NCBI GenBank assembly: GCA_051453625.1
Contig: JBOZIK010000001.1
Location: forward strand, 26,380,917 to 26,435,406
DNA length: 54,490 nucleotides
Origin: Welwitschia mirabilis
Lineage: Eukaryota
Direction: 5' to 3'
The notes beneath the pieces are model-generated. The model made no database searches. It had not been told where the DNA came from and worked only from the letters and a program-made list of their open reading frames with translations. Within the stretch, counting starts at the first letter, position 1. Every line of letters starts with the position of its first letter. A program made the position numbers and the translations under genes. Positions 26,238 through 39,416 of the stretch are shown in pieces.

Positions 26238-27380
26238 TGTATTAGTTATTATATTAGAAATAATTGATAACTTCAATGTCATATGACAGTAGCATAAGCA
26301 ACATGTGACAACAACATGTGCTAATGATAAGTAGGATGACATGGGAGACACATTGTCATAGTATCAAATGATAGTAGCATCATGATCCAAAGGCCATGTG
26401 TTGGACTCATCATAACCAATTTCATAAGAATATAAAGATTCTTTTTAAAGCTACATGATAAAAACTATAACCATCTAAAATGTAAATACCTAAATTATGC
26501 TCCTCTCCCCCACCTCCTCAAGCCCAAAATTATAACTTCTACTAACTACTACAAGCCTAAGGTTTTAATAGTATTCTTACCTCTATAAGGGTCATAATTC
26601 CTCATTTAAAAAGAGATTTGATTTATAAAAAAATATATGAAATTCTTAAATTATTAAGTCAACATAACATTTTAAGCTTTTCCTTTGGGAGTGAGCTAGC
26701 TTCAAGGCTAGCTTTGAGGAGTTTGTACTTACTTTACTTTCATCCTTCAATGTAATGTAATTTTTGATTTTTCATGAATTTTAGTTATTCGTTTTTTATT
26801 TTTAGTATGAGTAACATCATACTTTTGTGTTTAAGTAAAACTACATATTTAAGTTCTTTTCTTCACTGAGTGAATTTCTTGAGATTACTTCTGAGATTTG
26901 TAATCACTATTATTTGATCGATATTATGTATAGTATTTCATACTTTTTATGCTTATGAAGGGCTAGGAAGGATTAGAAAAACTATTATGAAGGGCTAGGA
27001 AGGATTAGAAAAACTAAGTAACTCACTAATACTCATGTGGTAAATGAAATTATATCATTGTCATTTGAACCTTGCATGAATTAATAACTTAAGGTTTGCT
27101 TTAGAGAGTTATAAGATATTGTTGATATAAAGGTTCTACAAGTTAGATGATTTAAGCTATATCTTAAAGATAGTTTGAATGTCATCTTTACCAATCAAGT
27201 TCAAAAATCATCACAACTTTACTTTAGTTTTTGTTTTAATTTTTAATAGGTTAAAAACATTATGTTAACTTTATCTAGTTTTACGTTAATTTATCCTTCG
27301 ATAAGAACAATACTAGGTACTTGTCTAGTTTTGATTAAAGTGTGCTTTTACTACAACAAATATACGTTCATCTCACAATA
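26238..27380 (+). repeat. Probable 3' LTR of a plus-strand Athila-like element (family B)
   Basis: Preceded by the PPT-like ttttggaggg and a T-rich 3' UTR containing aaagtttaagtttgg. Homologous to ~36300-37440. Confidence 0.55.
26953..27016 (+). repeat. Perfect 32-bp tandem duplication
   Basis: ttatgaagggctaggaaggattagaaaaacta occurs twice in succession. Confidence 0.95.
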
Positions 27381-27549
27381 AGGATTTTACTATGATTAGG
27401 AATTCCTATTTTCTTCTAATGGATTTATCAATATATGTTTGAATTATCAATAATATTTTATTCCTATCTTCCCTTTAAAACTTCATTCTCTAAATGAAGT
27501 TAGGACTACTAGCATTCTTTGGAAGAAATTAAGATTATAATGGATGAGG

Positions 27550-28620
27550 AATGACATTATTAAGATGACATCATATTCACTTATGTGAAATACATGGAAC
27601 TTATTTCTAAATTTTAGATCAACTATCTTAAATATTAAAGGTAGTTCTATCACATGTATCTCACGAAATTATCCATTGTAATATCTATAGTGGATTATTT
27701 CTATTTGAAATATTTAACATTTATCTTATAAAATATGTTATAAGAAATAAAACTATATGAGTATTTACTATTTACTAAGAAATCAACACAAAAATATAAA
27801 ATAAAGCCTTGTAATTAAACTATAAAAAATTGATTTGAAATAAAACCTAATTGTATAGTAGTATACATCTTTTTTTCATTTTACTATAGACACCATTCTC
27901 ATTGGTATTTGTTCATTTTTTTAGTTACTATACTTCATTCCTAAAAATGCAATATTTTATGATATTCCATCATTTCTTGCACTTATGATAAATTGTAGTT
28001 TCTATCTTAGTTATCTCTAATTACATTATACCTTTGGGGGATTAACTCAAGCTATTATGGATGTTATAGATTTATTCATATATTTTCTTATTCTTTTATA
28101 TAATGATTTTTTTTCTATAGGTATCTTTAATTAACTTAATCTTCCTTACCTACAATATACTTTTTATTTAAATAGTTATGTCCTAGTAAAATATTGCTTT
28201 CTTGAAAAGCTCTTTTAATACTAAATTAAACACTAGAATTATGCTAATGATTATTGAGTAGGTTATTTACTAAACTTATTCACTATAATTCTTATCATTT
28301 GATCCTAAATGAAGTCATTTCCACTAAATGTCATCTAGAACTTATTCATAGATAAGTCTAACATAATGAAGTTTAAATACTTTTATTGACATCTTATCCA
28401 TTGTACTTTTTCATTGTCTATAATAAAGGTAATGGCATACATTTTCTATTCATTAAAATATTCTTTAAAAATATTCGTTTTTGACTTATTGAAACAATAC
28501 CATGGCCTATTCACTGGTACTAGCCTATTCTTTATAAATTTGAAGATGTATCATCTTTGTTAATTTAGTAATTTCTATTTCTTCTTAGGTTGAATCATGA
28601 GCCTTACTAAATAGAAAGGA
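27550..28620 (-). pseudogene. Very decayed Copia RT C-terminal/RNase H relic
   Basis: Weak motifs in the correct order: SISQKR, IVNKFSK, IIKYCIF, QIEIIH. Confidence 0.42.
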
Positions 28621-28764
28621 TTGTAGATTGGCATTAATATTAATAAGACTTGATTACAAACTTTGTTGACAAGTCTAAAAGGATAGAAAATTTTACCTTA
28701 AGGTTGAAGGTAGATTTGAAGATGATTTGACATAGGAACATTCTTAGAAAATAAAAATAAATCA

Positions 28765-31700
28765 TGTGTTTTAGTTACGGATTTATTTGCTAATGTTTTA
28801 ACATACTTATGTGAAAAATAAAATCCATTATGTCAAATTTTCATGTAGGTATCATGTGTAATTGTCATGTAGGAACCATGTGTAGTTGTTTAAATTAACA
28901 CGCTTTTAGAAGAAATATAGGTGTAAGAAATATGTTATGTTTATATTACATCTAGATAAAAGGAATATGTTATGTTTAGAAAAAATTTACATATAAGAAA
29001 TATGTTATCTTTAGATGCTATTTTTGGTAAAACATGTAAGAGGATATTATTGAATAAGTCCTTCATGATTAGATTTCTCTTAAATCCTTATAAATAATAG
29101 GGTGTAATGAGATAAATAGTATGCTTGGGAAGTATGCTATAAGAGTTTAAGTTAAGAAGGAATAAGTAACAGATCTTAGAGTTGTAATCCTAAGAGAATA
29201 ATTTTATTCAAAACTTAAGGTAAAGGTTCCTTCTATAAGATGTTCTAATGTATTTGAGGTGAAAGATTTTAGGGGTCACTATTGAGAAGAGCTTATAGAG
29301 GATCTTTTAAATGAGATTTTACTTTGTAATGTACATATATTTAATTTAAAGTATTTATTACATTATCTGTAATACTTTATTTTCTACATACATCTTTTAT
29401 AGTTTTTATTACTCATTGAATACACAATTCTAAAAGTGTTCTTAGAGTTTTCATTAAATTAGATCTACATCATCTAGCATCAAAGCAAGTTTTTAGTTGT
29501 ATAGAGTTATTTGTAATATCTGATTTTAATTGAAAGGATGCCACAAAAGAAGCCAATAGTTTCTCACCTATAAAACATCTTGAAATTTAAGAAGTAATGG
29601 CAAAAAAATATCCTACAATTAATGAAGGTAATGGTAAAAGTGATGCATGAGGGATTATACACCTAAGCATTTAGATTTAGTTTTAGGAAGAAAAATAGAA
29701 ATACCTTGTGATGAAGAAACCAATAAAGAAGAATTTTATGCATGCATTTCAAAGTATAGAAGAAAACCTTGTTTATGGAATTCCTAGTAAAGATGGAACA
29801 AAAGGACCCAATAAGCATAATGTCATTTGAAGGAAGCTTAGAAGTAGATAATTTTTAGAACTAGAACCAATGAAGGTATTATTACTTTGAGACCTATAAT
29901 ACTACTAAAGAAAACATGGTATATATTATCTAAACTCTCTAATAAAGAGTTAGAGAAAGTTGGTGGGAGCATGTTTAGAATAGTCATTAAGATTGATATC
30001 CTTCAAATTCTTATAATTACATGAAAGATAGTTTTAAGATAATTTCATAATACTTTCACATAGTATGAAGATAATAATAAAGATATAGAAACTTCAACAA
30101 AGAGAAAAATTTATGATTGAGTATATAAAAAGTTTCACACACTTACCATGTAAGTAACACATTTTAATTTTGGCATAGAAGAGGTAACCAAATATATTAT
30201 TAGTTTAAAAATTTTATTCAGGATGAAATTTTGCTTGTTACTTATAGAAAAATAAAGAAATAATAAACCAAGAATTGTAAAACAAAGGCAACAAAAATAA
30301 TAGATGTAAATAAGAGGTAATTTCTTGATAGTTTGCTATAAATTATAAAATCTAGAATAGAAGTCTTATTAATGTCTATTAAGAAAAGTGGATATGCATG
30401 TAAATGTTCACTTTAACATTGTGAGACAAGTATAGAAGATAAAAATAAGAAAACAAAAAAGGTTTTTAATAAGAAAGAAGAAAATATAATTGTTATAAAA
30501 ACTCTATTAAAAAACCAACACAATGAAGAAAACTCTTCATAACTATATGTATGTGCAAAGGCAAGATAAGTAAGATTATAATTGATAATGGAAGAATTGA
30601 CAACTTAGTTTTCAATGAGATGGTAAATGAGTTATACTTAGAAATTATGTTGCATCTAATATCATATCAACTTTCTTAATTATAGAATAAGTACTAGGTC
30701 ATAGTTACAAAGTAGTTTTTGATAAACTTTAGAATTGATAATTTTTATAATTAAGTTCATTATGATGTTATTCCTATGGATGCTTATCATTTATTACTAA
30801 ATAGATCATAGTAATATAATACCAAGTGCACATGCAATGAGAATAAAAATATAGAATAAATTATTAAACATAAGACAACTATATGCTTCTTGAAAATAAA
30901 GTAGGTAATAGGTAAAATAAAAGAAGAAGATTATGACATGATAGTGATGTTGAAAGTTTATTTAAATAGTTGAATAAGTACTCAATAAAGATAAAATATG
31001 TTTTAAAATCATTTATGAATAGTTTTTGTTAATGATTAGCTTTTAGTTTATCATGTTTTAGGAGCATAATACTTTAGATATATCTAGTTTCTAGTTTTTT
31101 ACTTTTAGATAATGAATCATATAGAATGGCACTACATGAAAGAAAGAAGATAGGTAAATAAGTTGCTAGATAAGGGGTTGATTAAAAATCATTTATCACT
31201 ATCTTATATTGTAATAGCATTAACTCAAAATGAGGATAGTAAGGAATTACAAATGTGCATTAATTTAAGATCCATCAACAAGATGACTATAAGGTTTTAC
31301 TTTTCTATGCCTCACATGAATGATATTTTGAATTTTTGATAACTGTATCTATTTTTACCAAGATAGATTTGAAGAGTGAATATCTTCATGGAGATTAATG
31401 AAAGATAGTATTTAAGACTTTAGTTAAATTACATGAATGATTGATTATGCCATTCAAAGGTTTGAATGCTCTAAGTGCATTCATAGGGTTGTGTATTTCT
31501 AAAGGATTAACAAGGATAATATCTATTAAGAAAAGAATTATGAAGACATGGCTAAACATTATGGCTAAACATTATGGATTAGATATAAATCATAAACTAT
31601 TATAGAGATTATATCATTAGCATAACATATAGAGTAATTTGTAGCAAAGAATCCAAATTTTCTTTACACATTAAAGAGTAAAGAAAAGAGTAAAGAATAT

Positions 31701-32800
31701 TACATTATACCTACTATTACTTGTTCAAATAAATAAAGGAAAAGACTTAAGCATGGACTTCATCTTAAAATTACCTTATTTCAAAAGTGAAGATATGTCA
31801 TGGTATTAGTTAATAAGTTCAATAAGATGATATACTTTATTCCTTGTACCAAGACAACTGGTTCTTTATGCATTACTACATTATTCTTCAAAGAGATTAT
31901 GTGTTTTTATGCATTATCAAAGACAATAGTTTTAGATAAATATGTTAAGTTTATTTTACATTCTTAGAAGAACCTATGGTAGATTATGAATACTAAGTTA
32001 TAATATCATTCATTATATCATTCATCAATAAATGGATAAACAAAAGTGGTTAATTATATCATATAAACTTTAATAATATGTTTTTATTAAGGTAAGTTAA
32101 ATAGATGGAAATATTACTTACTATGTGTAGAATTTTGTTATGATAATTTCATGAATAAAAGTACAATAAAATTCTCATTTAAAGTGGTATATAAATACCA
32201 TTTAAGGATGCTAAATATATTGCATGATATGCTAAAATATTTAGTAATGGAAATAACTATGCAAATAAAATTACATAACCCTATGAGAATGTGTGATAAG
32301 TTTTAGAAACATTAAACTCTAAGGCTAAGAATGTAGTAAACAAGTACAAAATATGTATGAAGCTTAAGAAGGATGACATAGTAATGAAATACCTATAGAG
32401 TGAAAGATTTTCCACTAGAATATATAATAAGCATAAGTTTTAGAAGATTGATTCATGCATAATTGTGAAGAAGATTTTATCCAATGCCTAATAGTTGAAT
32501 ATTATAGATGATATTTCACCTACATTAAATGTTATTAACTTAGCGGAGTATCATGAAGAACCTACAAGGGATGAATTTTGGATCATGAAGTTGTAGAAGT
32601 TAAACAAAGGGAATAAAAAGTAAATGAGATACTAATAATTCTTAGAAGTTGTGAGGACTAGACATGTAGAAATATGCATAAGAAGTACCTATTTTAGTTT
32701 CCGAAAAATTACCTAAATAATGTAATTTATATTTTAGATAAAAATTACTAGAGAATGGATTATGGAAGTTTAGCAAAGTAGGAACCCCTTTCTTATGATG
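28765..32800 (+). mobile_element. CRM-like (centromeric chromovirus) Ty3/Gypsy relic; no 3' LTR seen
   Basis: The LTR ends ctacatca (29472), followed by an iMet-type PBS tagcatcaaagc (29475-29486) and Gypsy order gag-PR-RT-INT. The LTR start is approximate. Confidence 0.72.
29538..32780 (+). pseudogene. gag-pol: CRM-like gag-pol pseudogene with internal deletions
   Basis: KIIIDNGRIDNLV (PR, ~30575); DVIPMDAYHLLL; MCINLRSINKMTI and FTKIDLKSEY (RT, 31250-31385); DLSMDFILKLP and KMIYFIPCTKT (INT, 31745-31860); ERFSTRIYNK and ISPTLNV (INT C-terminus). Confidence 0.82.
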
Positions 32801-33599
32801 GTGAATAAATATGCAACTAACACTATGCAAAAAGATATACTTAAGATTATAATAAGAAAAGAATAAAACATAGAATAAGATTTGAAAGAGATTCCCAAGT
32901 AATATACATATTTCAATGATTATTTGTATAATTCATTATGGATTAAAGATCCAACTAACTAGAGTAATTTTACATTCATATACATTTATATTCTATACAT
33001 ATGGGATAAAATATAAGTCTTCTAACATTAACATCTAACATTTTCTATATTAATAATCAAAGGATGAATGTAGTTATAATGTAAATATAAAAAAATAATA
33101 TTATTTAAAAAAACTAAAGTACACAATGAAAACCCCATGCAGATGTAATTATGAAACTATGTGAATATCTAAGCATCACTATTCAAGTGAATCATAGATA
33201 TTTCGACTCGTAGGTCCTTTTCAAAATTCTAGGTTTCATCCTAGATAAGAATACTACTCATACACAACTAAAGTAATGAAGATATACAAGGTGGCTTAGA
33301 TGATTCTCAAATACTAGATAGTCAATCATATAAAAAAAAATGATACTAAAAATTAGCTGAGTATCCATATACTATTAGGTCATCTCCTATGCTAATAAAC
33401 TAGTTTTTATATATTCTGATTTTTTTAAATAAGTACAACAAACTCCTTTTCATTTTGAAAATCTAGTTTTCATAAGTAAGAATTAGCTTAGGCTTACAAA
33501 TGTATAGTTTCATTACAAGGATGTTTTCAAAAGATATATTAGCATTTTCACTTTATCTTTAAACCCTGTTTAAGAAATTTTGTTTGGCTATAAGGCAAT

Positions 33600-36290
33600 A
33601 TAATCTTTAAAATACACATTCTTTAATTTATTAAATGGTTTTATTAAGATGTCTACTACCTTTTTTTCATAGTTAAATACTATGATAAACTAACAATTCC
33701 CTTCTTAATAAGGTATCAAATTTGATGATACATTTCATATGTATATGCTTTGTATGTTAATAAAGCACTAAATTCTTTGTACTGTGTATTGTAGAGTAAT
33801 TACTTACATGTAGCTCTGTTGATCCTTTTTGTATTACATTTATAAGTGTAATAGTTTGCATAGCCAAATAATCTTCTTAAACATTTCTAATGCTACAATG
33901 TGGTCTACTTTAGCTTAAAAAAATATGAAACTCACTTCTATAACTTGGGTTTCCATGAGATAGGTAATATCCTAAAAAGATGATGTACCTTCTTATTGAT
34001 CTCCTAGTATGTATATGTCCTATAAAATCTACATTTGTATATGCACACAATCTAAATTATTCATTCTCTTTAGACTATGTACCCTTCAAATATCAAATAA
34101 CTCCAACAATTATAATCTCTTGACTCTAATATGGTTTCTACATGAACCTTGATAATATACTAGCTATAAATGCTATATTTCATCTTATCTTAATTACATA
34201 AATGATACATTCAATTCACTTTCTACACATCATAGAATCATAAAGTAGTAAATCATCATCTTTTAAAAATTTATTTCTCACTTTCATTAGTGTAGTAATT
34301 TCATTTCAATGTTATATTTGAAATTTTTTCTAAAAGATCTTAAATGTATTTCTATTGAGAAATAGTATTATCATCTTATTAATAAACTTAGACATCCAAA
34401 GATATGCTTGTACATATTTATATAACAACAAATATATTACACAATTTATTAATGTATGATTCATGTTTTCTAATATACCATTCTACTAAGATATACATGG
34501 AATTTTCAACTAATGATAAATGCCATTCTCTTATAAGAACTATTAAAATTTGTTCAAAGTGAATTTACATCCACTATTAATATAAAGAATACCAACTCTA
34601 CATCAAGGCTATGCTTTTAAAATTTGATTTCACTATTTGAAATCTAAGAATTCATGTGATTTATTATTTAGAAATTAAATCCATGTCATTTTATAAAATC
34701 ATTAATGAAAGTTATAAAATAATCAGTACCACCACATGTGTAATATGAATAATATGACATACATCTAGATAAATAATTTTTAACTTTCTTACAAGATTAA
34801 AAGTTCTTAGCTTAAATGATTTTCTAGTAGAATTACCTATGATACAAGCTTTAGATTTTAAAGGTTTTAATTGAATGTTGGAAATACTATAGTAAGATGT
34901 GTAGATGCCTAATTTTTCATGATTAATATGGCTTATATATTTATGCCATACTTTCTCTTTATTAAGATTGATTAAAACATTTAAGGAAGTTGATAACTTA
35001 AGAGAGAAATCATGATGATCATTACTCTACACAATATGAGCTGTAATTTCTTGTGCTACAAGTATAATTAATGTAGTCTAATGTTTTCTTTACATAATAA
35101 TTAAGTCTCTTAAAGGCTATGTTGCTTGCAACATCTGATTACTTATAGTTAGATGAACATCATGACCATGAGTTAAAAAAGTTAAGAGTAATAAAAAAAT
35201 TATTTCAAAAATGGAAAAGAGATAACATAAAGAATAATGAAATAAAAAAGGCTTACTTGCTTCAATGTGATTTGGATAATGTCTTAAATAGGTTTTCTTG
35301 ATTTTTCTACCATGATAACATAATTTAATACCTCTATGTTCAATATTGTAAATATAAATTTATTTAAAGTCATATGTTATGTAGCACTTATATTCATAAT
35401 GAATGTGATTATTGTTAAAGAATTGACATTCTTCACCATGTTTTTTTGACTATATCTTAGCTAGGCTAAATCTACTTTTAACATAGCTAATGATTTATTC
35501 TTACAAAGCAATATTAATAACATAATGTGATGGTTTTATTCATTATGTATTTGTGGCATGAATTGAAATAGAAAAATAAATATCTCTATTATTATCATAA
35601 TTAGACAATGCAAAATTATTATTTTCATTATTAAAAATATTATTTTCATGATGTTTAATCTTATGAATATTATGAGCTAGAACTTTGTAGTTTCTTGCAA
35701 AATGAACTTTCTTTCTACATCAAATACATAATATTGTATTGATAGGAGGACTATTAATTATCTCTATCTTAACCTTAGCCTTTATTACTTCTACCTCTAT
35801 GTCTATTACTATTGTGAGAGAACTAACTAAATTTCACTCCATCATTAAGATCAACATTTAATGCAATATCAACATTGTTAATGTAAGTAGATGTTTTAAG
35901 ATTATTTTTAAATGTTTTATTAGACTTCATAAGCTTATCAACTAAATGTTTAAATTTAAGAGTCTTTAATGTAACATTATCCTACACGTGAAATAACAAA
36001 TTCTATATACTAAATTGGAAAAACACATGTGATACATTGGTTTTTAAATTATCTATTAGTGATCTATTATAGGAAAAATATTAAATTACTTATTTTATCA
36101 TAAAATGATGTCTTTTATTCCTTTTAATATATTTCATGAAATTTTAAGCTTTTTCATAATGTTTTTAGATTTATTACTATGTTTTAAAAGAGATTATACA
36201 ATTTGAAGAAGATCGAATAGGAAAACCTGACATCACTACCCAAGTCAATAATGTTGCTAGTCTTTTAGGGTAAAGTGATCTCATTCCACT
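33600..36290 (-). pseudogene. gag-pol: Copia gag-pol relic with most of RT deleted
   Basis: Minus strand: knuckle CI*CRKKVHFARN (~35710), VWHKYISH, GGTDYFITFIND and HIFGCL (INT). INT is joined directly to ISQ*KYI*DLL and LSRFM..YLKGT (RT end), then TRRSIRRYIIFLG, HTKHI and VDILIKP (RH). Confidence 0.8.
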
Positions 36291-36299
36291 TGCAGGATC

Positions 36300-37440
36300 A
36301 ATTGGATGTCAAATAAAAATAAATCTTTAACTTTGATAATGCATGGAAGAAGTACAAGATAATACATCATAGTAACATATGGCAATAACAAGGATAATGA
36401 TGTGAAGGGCACATGACATAGCATTTAATGATAGCTGCATCATCATCTAAAGGTCATATAATCACCTCTCTTATGTTAGAAGACAAGGAATTCTTCTTAT
36501 AACTACCTACCAAAATTTGTAACTTCCTCCTTAAGTAACCACCTAAAAGTGTAACCCCCTTAAATAAATACCCATCAATCACTACAAGCCAAAGATTCCT
36601 AAGCCTTACCTCATCTATCAAAGGGTCTTAAACCCTCATTTGTAAACATCTTTAGTTGGAAAAATGTGATGGATCTACTTGAAGCATTAATATGTCATGG
36701 ATTTCTAGGCGTCTCCCTTAGGAGAAAACTTGATTCAAGGCTAGTTTAAAGATTTCATTATAGCTTTATCTTCCTCTCTTAATGTAATGTATTTTATAAA
36801 TTAATATAAATAATATTTGTTCATGGTTTTATTTCCAGCACACATTAACATGTTACTAGTGATCTTTAGATGAGACTCCTTCTTGTTATTAATATTATAG
36901 TGGTTGTTCATTATTTTATTTTTAAATAAAATTAACATAATAATAGTAATCTTTAAATGAAAATACATCATTAATATCTTTAGAATTAAATGAATTATCT
37001 AAGTTTACTTTTTAGTTCTAGTCACTATTATGTTATTGATCTTAAGGATAATCATGTTTACTTTCTATGTTCATAAAGAACTATGAAGGCTAAAGTGACT
37101 ATTAAATTCACCAACACTCAAGTGGTGAATGTTATAATGCCATCAAACCCTAGCCATCACAACCTTATGATTTTAAGTTTAATGTATTAGGAATTACAAG
37201 AATCATTAGAGTAAGAAAGAATTATTAGATAAATCAAGCTAAACCTCTAGAGCTTATTTATCTCCCTATGTCATAAACCTTAGTTCATAAAAAACATCTT
37301 AACATTTTGGATTTTTATTTTGTTTAATTTCATTCCAAGCTAAATGATTATTTTACCATAAATGTCTTTATATAAAAACTAATATTAGATTACCACTTAG
37401 TTTATTTGATATTTACATCTTACTATGACAAATAACATAA
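36300..37440 (+). repeat. LTR-like repeat, family B (second copy)
   Basis: Shares actacaagcc, ttcaaggctag, aatgtaatgta and actca(a/t)gtggt(g/a)aatg in the same order with 26238-27380. It is followed by T-rich, UTR-like sequence. Confidence 0.55.
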
Positions 37441-37973
37441 TTTTTTAGTGAATAGATTTTTGGATCATTGTTGAGTTTATTAGTATGATAGCTTTTTAAA
37501 AGTGCATAATTTTTCTTTCTTACATATTTTTATTTATTTTTTTAGTTTTTTAGTTGTTGTTACTAGTCATCTTCCAGTGATATCTAAACTCATTTATTTC
37601 TTTTTCTTTTGAATGTTTTTTTTTTTTTGAGTGGTTAGTACTGGTCCTCTTCCAAGGCTACCTAAATTCTTCTTTTTTTAAAAGTTTTATTTATTTTTGT
37701 ATCCTAATATAAAATATATTTTCATATCCATTATTTTATGTTTTAGAGAGAATAATTTCTTTATAATTCACAACTAAACAAGGATCAAAAAAGGTTTAAA
37801 AAACTTAAAATTAAGACTCTTAACTTTTTTTTGTTTAAATTATTTTACTTTTTATCTTGCCTTTTCAATTCTAATTAAAAATTTTAAAACAAAAAAGATT
37901 TAGAATTATTTTTCTAGGTTTTATTTTCCAAGTTTTGGTTGTTTTTAGTTTTTTTAGTTTTTCTAAGACTGTA

Positions 37974-39268
37974 TGTTGCGTTGCCAATTTGTGGTTATTT
38001 GATGGGGTTTTATGAGTTGTTTTGTAGGACTTTTACATAGGTTTAGATGCAATTCTAAGGATTTTAGAGATACAATAGGAAATCTTAAAAATATGCATTT
38101 CTTACCCAGATTTAATGTGTTAAAGGCACATTCTGATGCATAAAACTTTGAAAAAGGATTACTGATAAAAATACTAAGTTTCTCCTTAAAAATATAATTA
38201 AGAAGACTGTTGTTCCTTCTGTCATCCCCATGACAAGCAGGATGATAATACTACTGGTTCTTGATGTGGATTGCTAAAGCACTACTAAGTCATCATTCTG
38301 AGTCATCTTTTGTAATGATTTATCATCCCTTTATCATTCAGATAAATTAAAGAATTTCTCTCTTAGNNNNNNNNNNNNNNNNNNNNNNNNNNNNNNNNNN
38401 NNNNNNNNNNNNNNNNNNNNNNNNNNNNNNNNNNNNNNNNNNNNNNNNNNNNNNNNNNNNNNNNNNNNNNNNNNNNNNNNNNNNNNNNNNNNNNNNNNNN
38501 NNNNNNNNNNNNNNNNNNNNNNNNNNNNNNNNNNNNNNNNNNNNNNNNNNNNNNNNNNNNNNNNNNNNNNNNNNNNNNNNNNNNNNNNNNNNNNNNNNNN
38601 NNNNNNNNNNNNNNNNNNNNNNNNNNNNNNNNNNNNNNNNNNNNNNNNNNNNNNNNNNNNNNNNNNNNNNNNNNNNNNNNNNNNNNNNNNNNNNNNNNNN
38701 NNNNNNNNNNNNNNNNNNNNNNNNNNNNNNNNNNNNNNNNNNNNNNNNNNNNNNNNNNNNNNNNNNNNNNNNNNNNNNNNNNNNNNNNNNNNNNNNNNNN
38801 NNNNNNNNNNNNNNNNNNNNNNNNNNNNNNNNNNNNNNNNNNNNNNNNNNNNNNNNNNNNNNNNNNNNNNNNNNNNNNNNNNNNNNNNNNNNNNNNNNNN
38901 NNNNNNNNNNNNNNNNNNNNNNNNNNNNNNNNNNNNNNNNNNNNNNNNNNNNNNNNNNNNNNNNNNNNNNNNNNNNNNNNNNNNNNNNNNNNNNNNNNNN
39001 NNNNNNNNNNNNNNNNNNNNNNNNNNNNNNNNNNNNNNNNNNNNNNNNNNNNNNNNNNNNGAATTACTGATAAAAATACTAAGTTTCTCCTAAAAAATAT
39101 AATTAAGAAGACTGTTGTTCCTTCTGTCATCCTCATGATAGGCAAGATGATGATACTACTGGTTCCTGATGTGGATTGCTAAAGCACTACTGAATCATCA
39201 TTCTGAGTCATCTTTTGTAATGATTTATCATCCCTTTATTATTCAAATAAATTAAAGAATTTCTCTCG
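37974..39268 (+). repeat. Partial Athila family-A LTR (5' part), plus strand
   Basis: Starts tgttgcgttgccaatttgtggttatttgatgggg, close to the reverse complement of 48870-48904 and similar to 49340. Confidence 0.8.
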
Positions 39269-39416
39269 TAGTAGTGGTATAGTTGGATTAGGCTTAGGAC
39301 AAAGTTTTACTAAGATNNNNNNNNNNNNNNNNNNNNNNNNNNNNNNNNNNNNNNNNNNNNNNNNNNNNNNNNNNNNNNNNNNNNNNNNNNNNNNNNNNNN
39401 NNNNNNNNNNNNNNNN

